NCBI GenBank assembly: GCA_963821925.1
Contig: CAWGFO010000001.1
Span: 521,763 to 585,762 of the forward strand
DNA length: 64,000 bases
Direction: 5' to 3'
DNA from: an uncultured Actinomycetes bacterium
GTDB taxonomy: Bacteria; Actinomycetota; UBA4738; HRBIN12
This document shows, one piece after another, positions 63,297 to 64,000 of this stretch (position 1 is the first letter of the stretch; the number at the start of each line of letters is the position of its first letter). Below the pieces are notes generated by a model. It was not told the DNA's origin and made no database searches. It worked only from the letters and a program-made list of their open reading frames with translations. Made by a program: the position numbers and the translations under genes.

Positions 63297-63961
63297 CCGG
63301 TCACCGGGAGGATCCGGGGGAAGAACGCCGGGGGCAGCGGCGCCGCCGGTCGCGCGCACATCGCCTCCACCTGATCGAACGGCAGCAGGTCCACGGCGTA
63401 GACGTCGAGCAGCTCGCCCTGCAACTCGGCCGGGTCGATCCCGGCGTCCGCCGTGTGGCGACCGCCGGGAAGCTCGATCCCGCGGCGGTGGAGCTCGCAG
63501 AGCGGATACAGCTGGCCGTCGAACCGGTGCATGACGACGGGCACGCCGGGACCCGGTTCGAGCCCGACGCAGAGCGTGCAGACCAGCGTCAGTCGCGACG
63601 GGTAGCCGAAGTGCGCGCGCCAACCTCGTTCGTGCTCGATCACGCGCCCCCAGAGCGCGACGGTGCCGGCCACCGGTGGCGTCGGGTATGCGGGGGCGTC
63701 ACGCGGCGCGTCGCCGAGGGCGCGGCTCGCGTGGATCCCGCAGACGCAGCGGAGGTCGGGGGCCTCGTGCGGCCGGCGCGAGCCGCGGATCAGCGCCGGG
63801 ACGCTGCATCGGGCCTCGGCCGCTCGCCGGGGGATCCACGCGTCGGTGCCGCCGGATCCGGCCGGGAGCAGGCCGGGACGGCCATCGGCAGCGAGGCCCA
63901 GCCGCCAGAGCCGCCACCCGTCGATCGCCTCGATGCCCTCGGAGCGCGGGAGATCCACCAT
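63293..63961 (-). CDS. Hypothetical Cys/His-rich protein
   Basis: GGAGG RBS; GWR-x-WR, HEAP-x3-C-x-CG-x-HA, G-x-V-x-LWGRVIEHERGWRA, C-x2-C...C-x2-H. Confidence 0.7.
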   Translation of the reverse strand: MVDLPRSEGIEAIDGWRLWRLGLAADGRPGLLPAGSGGTDAWIPRRAAEARCSVPALIRGSRRPHEAPDLRCVCGIHASRALGDAPRDAPAYPTPPVAGTVALWGRVIEHERGWRAHFGYPSRLTLVCTLCVGLEPGPGVPVVMHRFDGQLYPLCELHRRGIELPGGRHTADAGIDPAELQGELLDVYAVDLLPFDQVEAMCARPAAPLPPAFFPRILPVTG

Positions 63962-64000
63962 GCCTCCAGGGTGCGTCGCGGAGCGAAGAACGGCAAGGGA

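Noticed and set aside
1-64000. Prophage, IS, integrase or anti-phage defence island
   Set aside because: No transposase, recombinase, structural phage or recognised defence genes seen. The STAND protein has a cyclase output and lacks known defence partners.

Overview
Very GC-rich chromosomal segment with an Actinomycetota-like gene set: murJ, DUF6049-type gene, MutT4-like NUDIX, CCA-adding enzyme, ino1/PadR, NiSOD, PAC2 and an F420-type LLM enzyme. About 72 genes are densely packed. I see no rRNA, tRNA, CRISPR array, transposase or prophage. The conserved actinobacterial backbone (murJ-DUF6049-nudix-cca ... MFS-ino1-padR) is interleaved with accessory modules: a PilT/PilU ATPase, a molybdate ABC system, sodN/sodX, TusA-DsrE2, a cobalamin-riboswitch ECF operon, a two-component system, SoxR, an orphan ClpP, two class III cyclases and a PAS-GGDEF-EAL protein. 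The best candidate for an under-described system is a tightly coupled five-gene operon at 46496-50299 (-). It encodes a small secreted peptide ending in SGGS, a signal-less ApbE flavin transferase, a di-heme ferric-reductase-like membrane protein, a stand-alone NuoF-like flavoprotein and a CxxHxxC ferredoxin. It shares an 11-bp-period CTCAG tandem box with the neighbouring OmpR/HK pair. Other strong leads are a 6C-like two-loop ncRNA (23524-23623, -), a SoxR-box promoter driving a split transketolase-like pair, an ArsR/SRPBCC-linked orphan clpP with twin operators, and a Doc toxin with a destroyed catalytic motif. Several genes carry small indel frameshifts (lepB, modA, the propeller protein, the STAND cyclase, the B12 operon), so long-read indel errors are likely. 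All family assignments come from motif recognition by eye; no database search was run.
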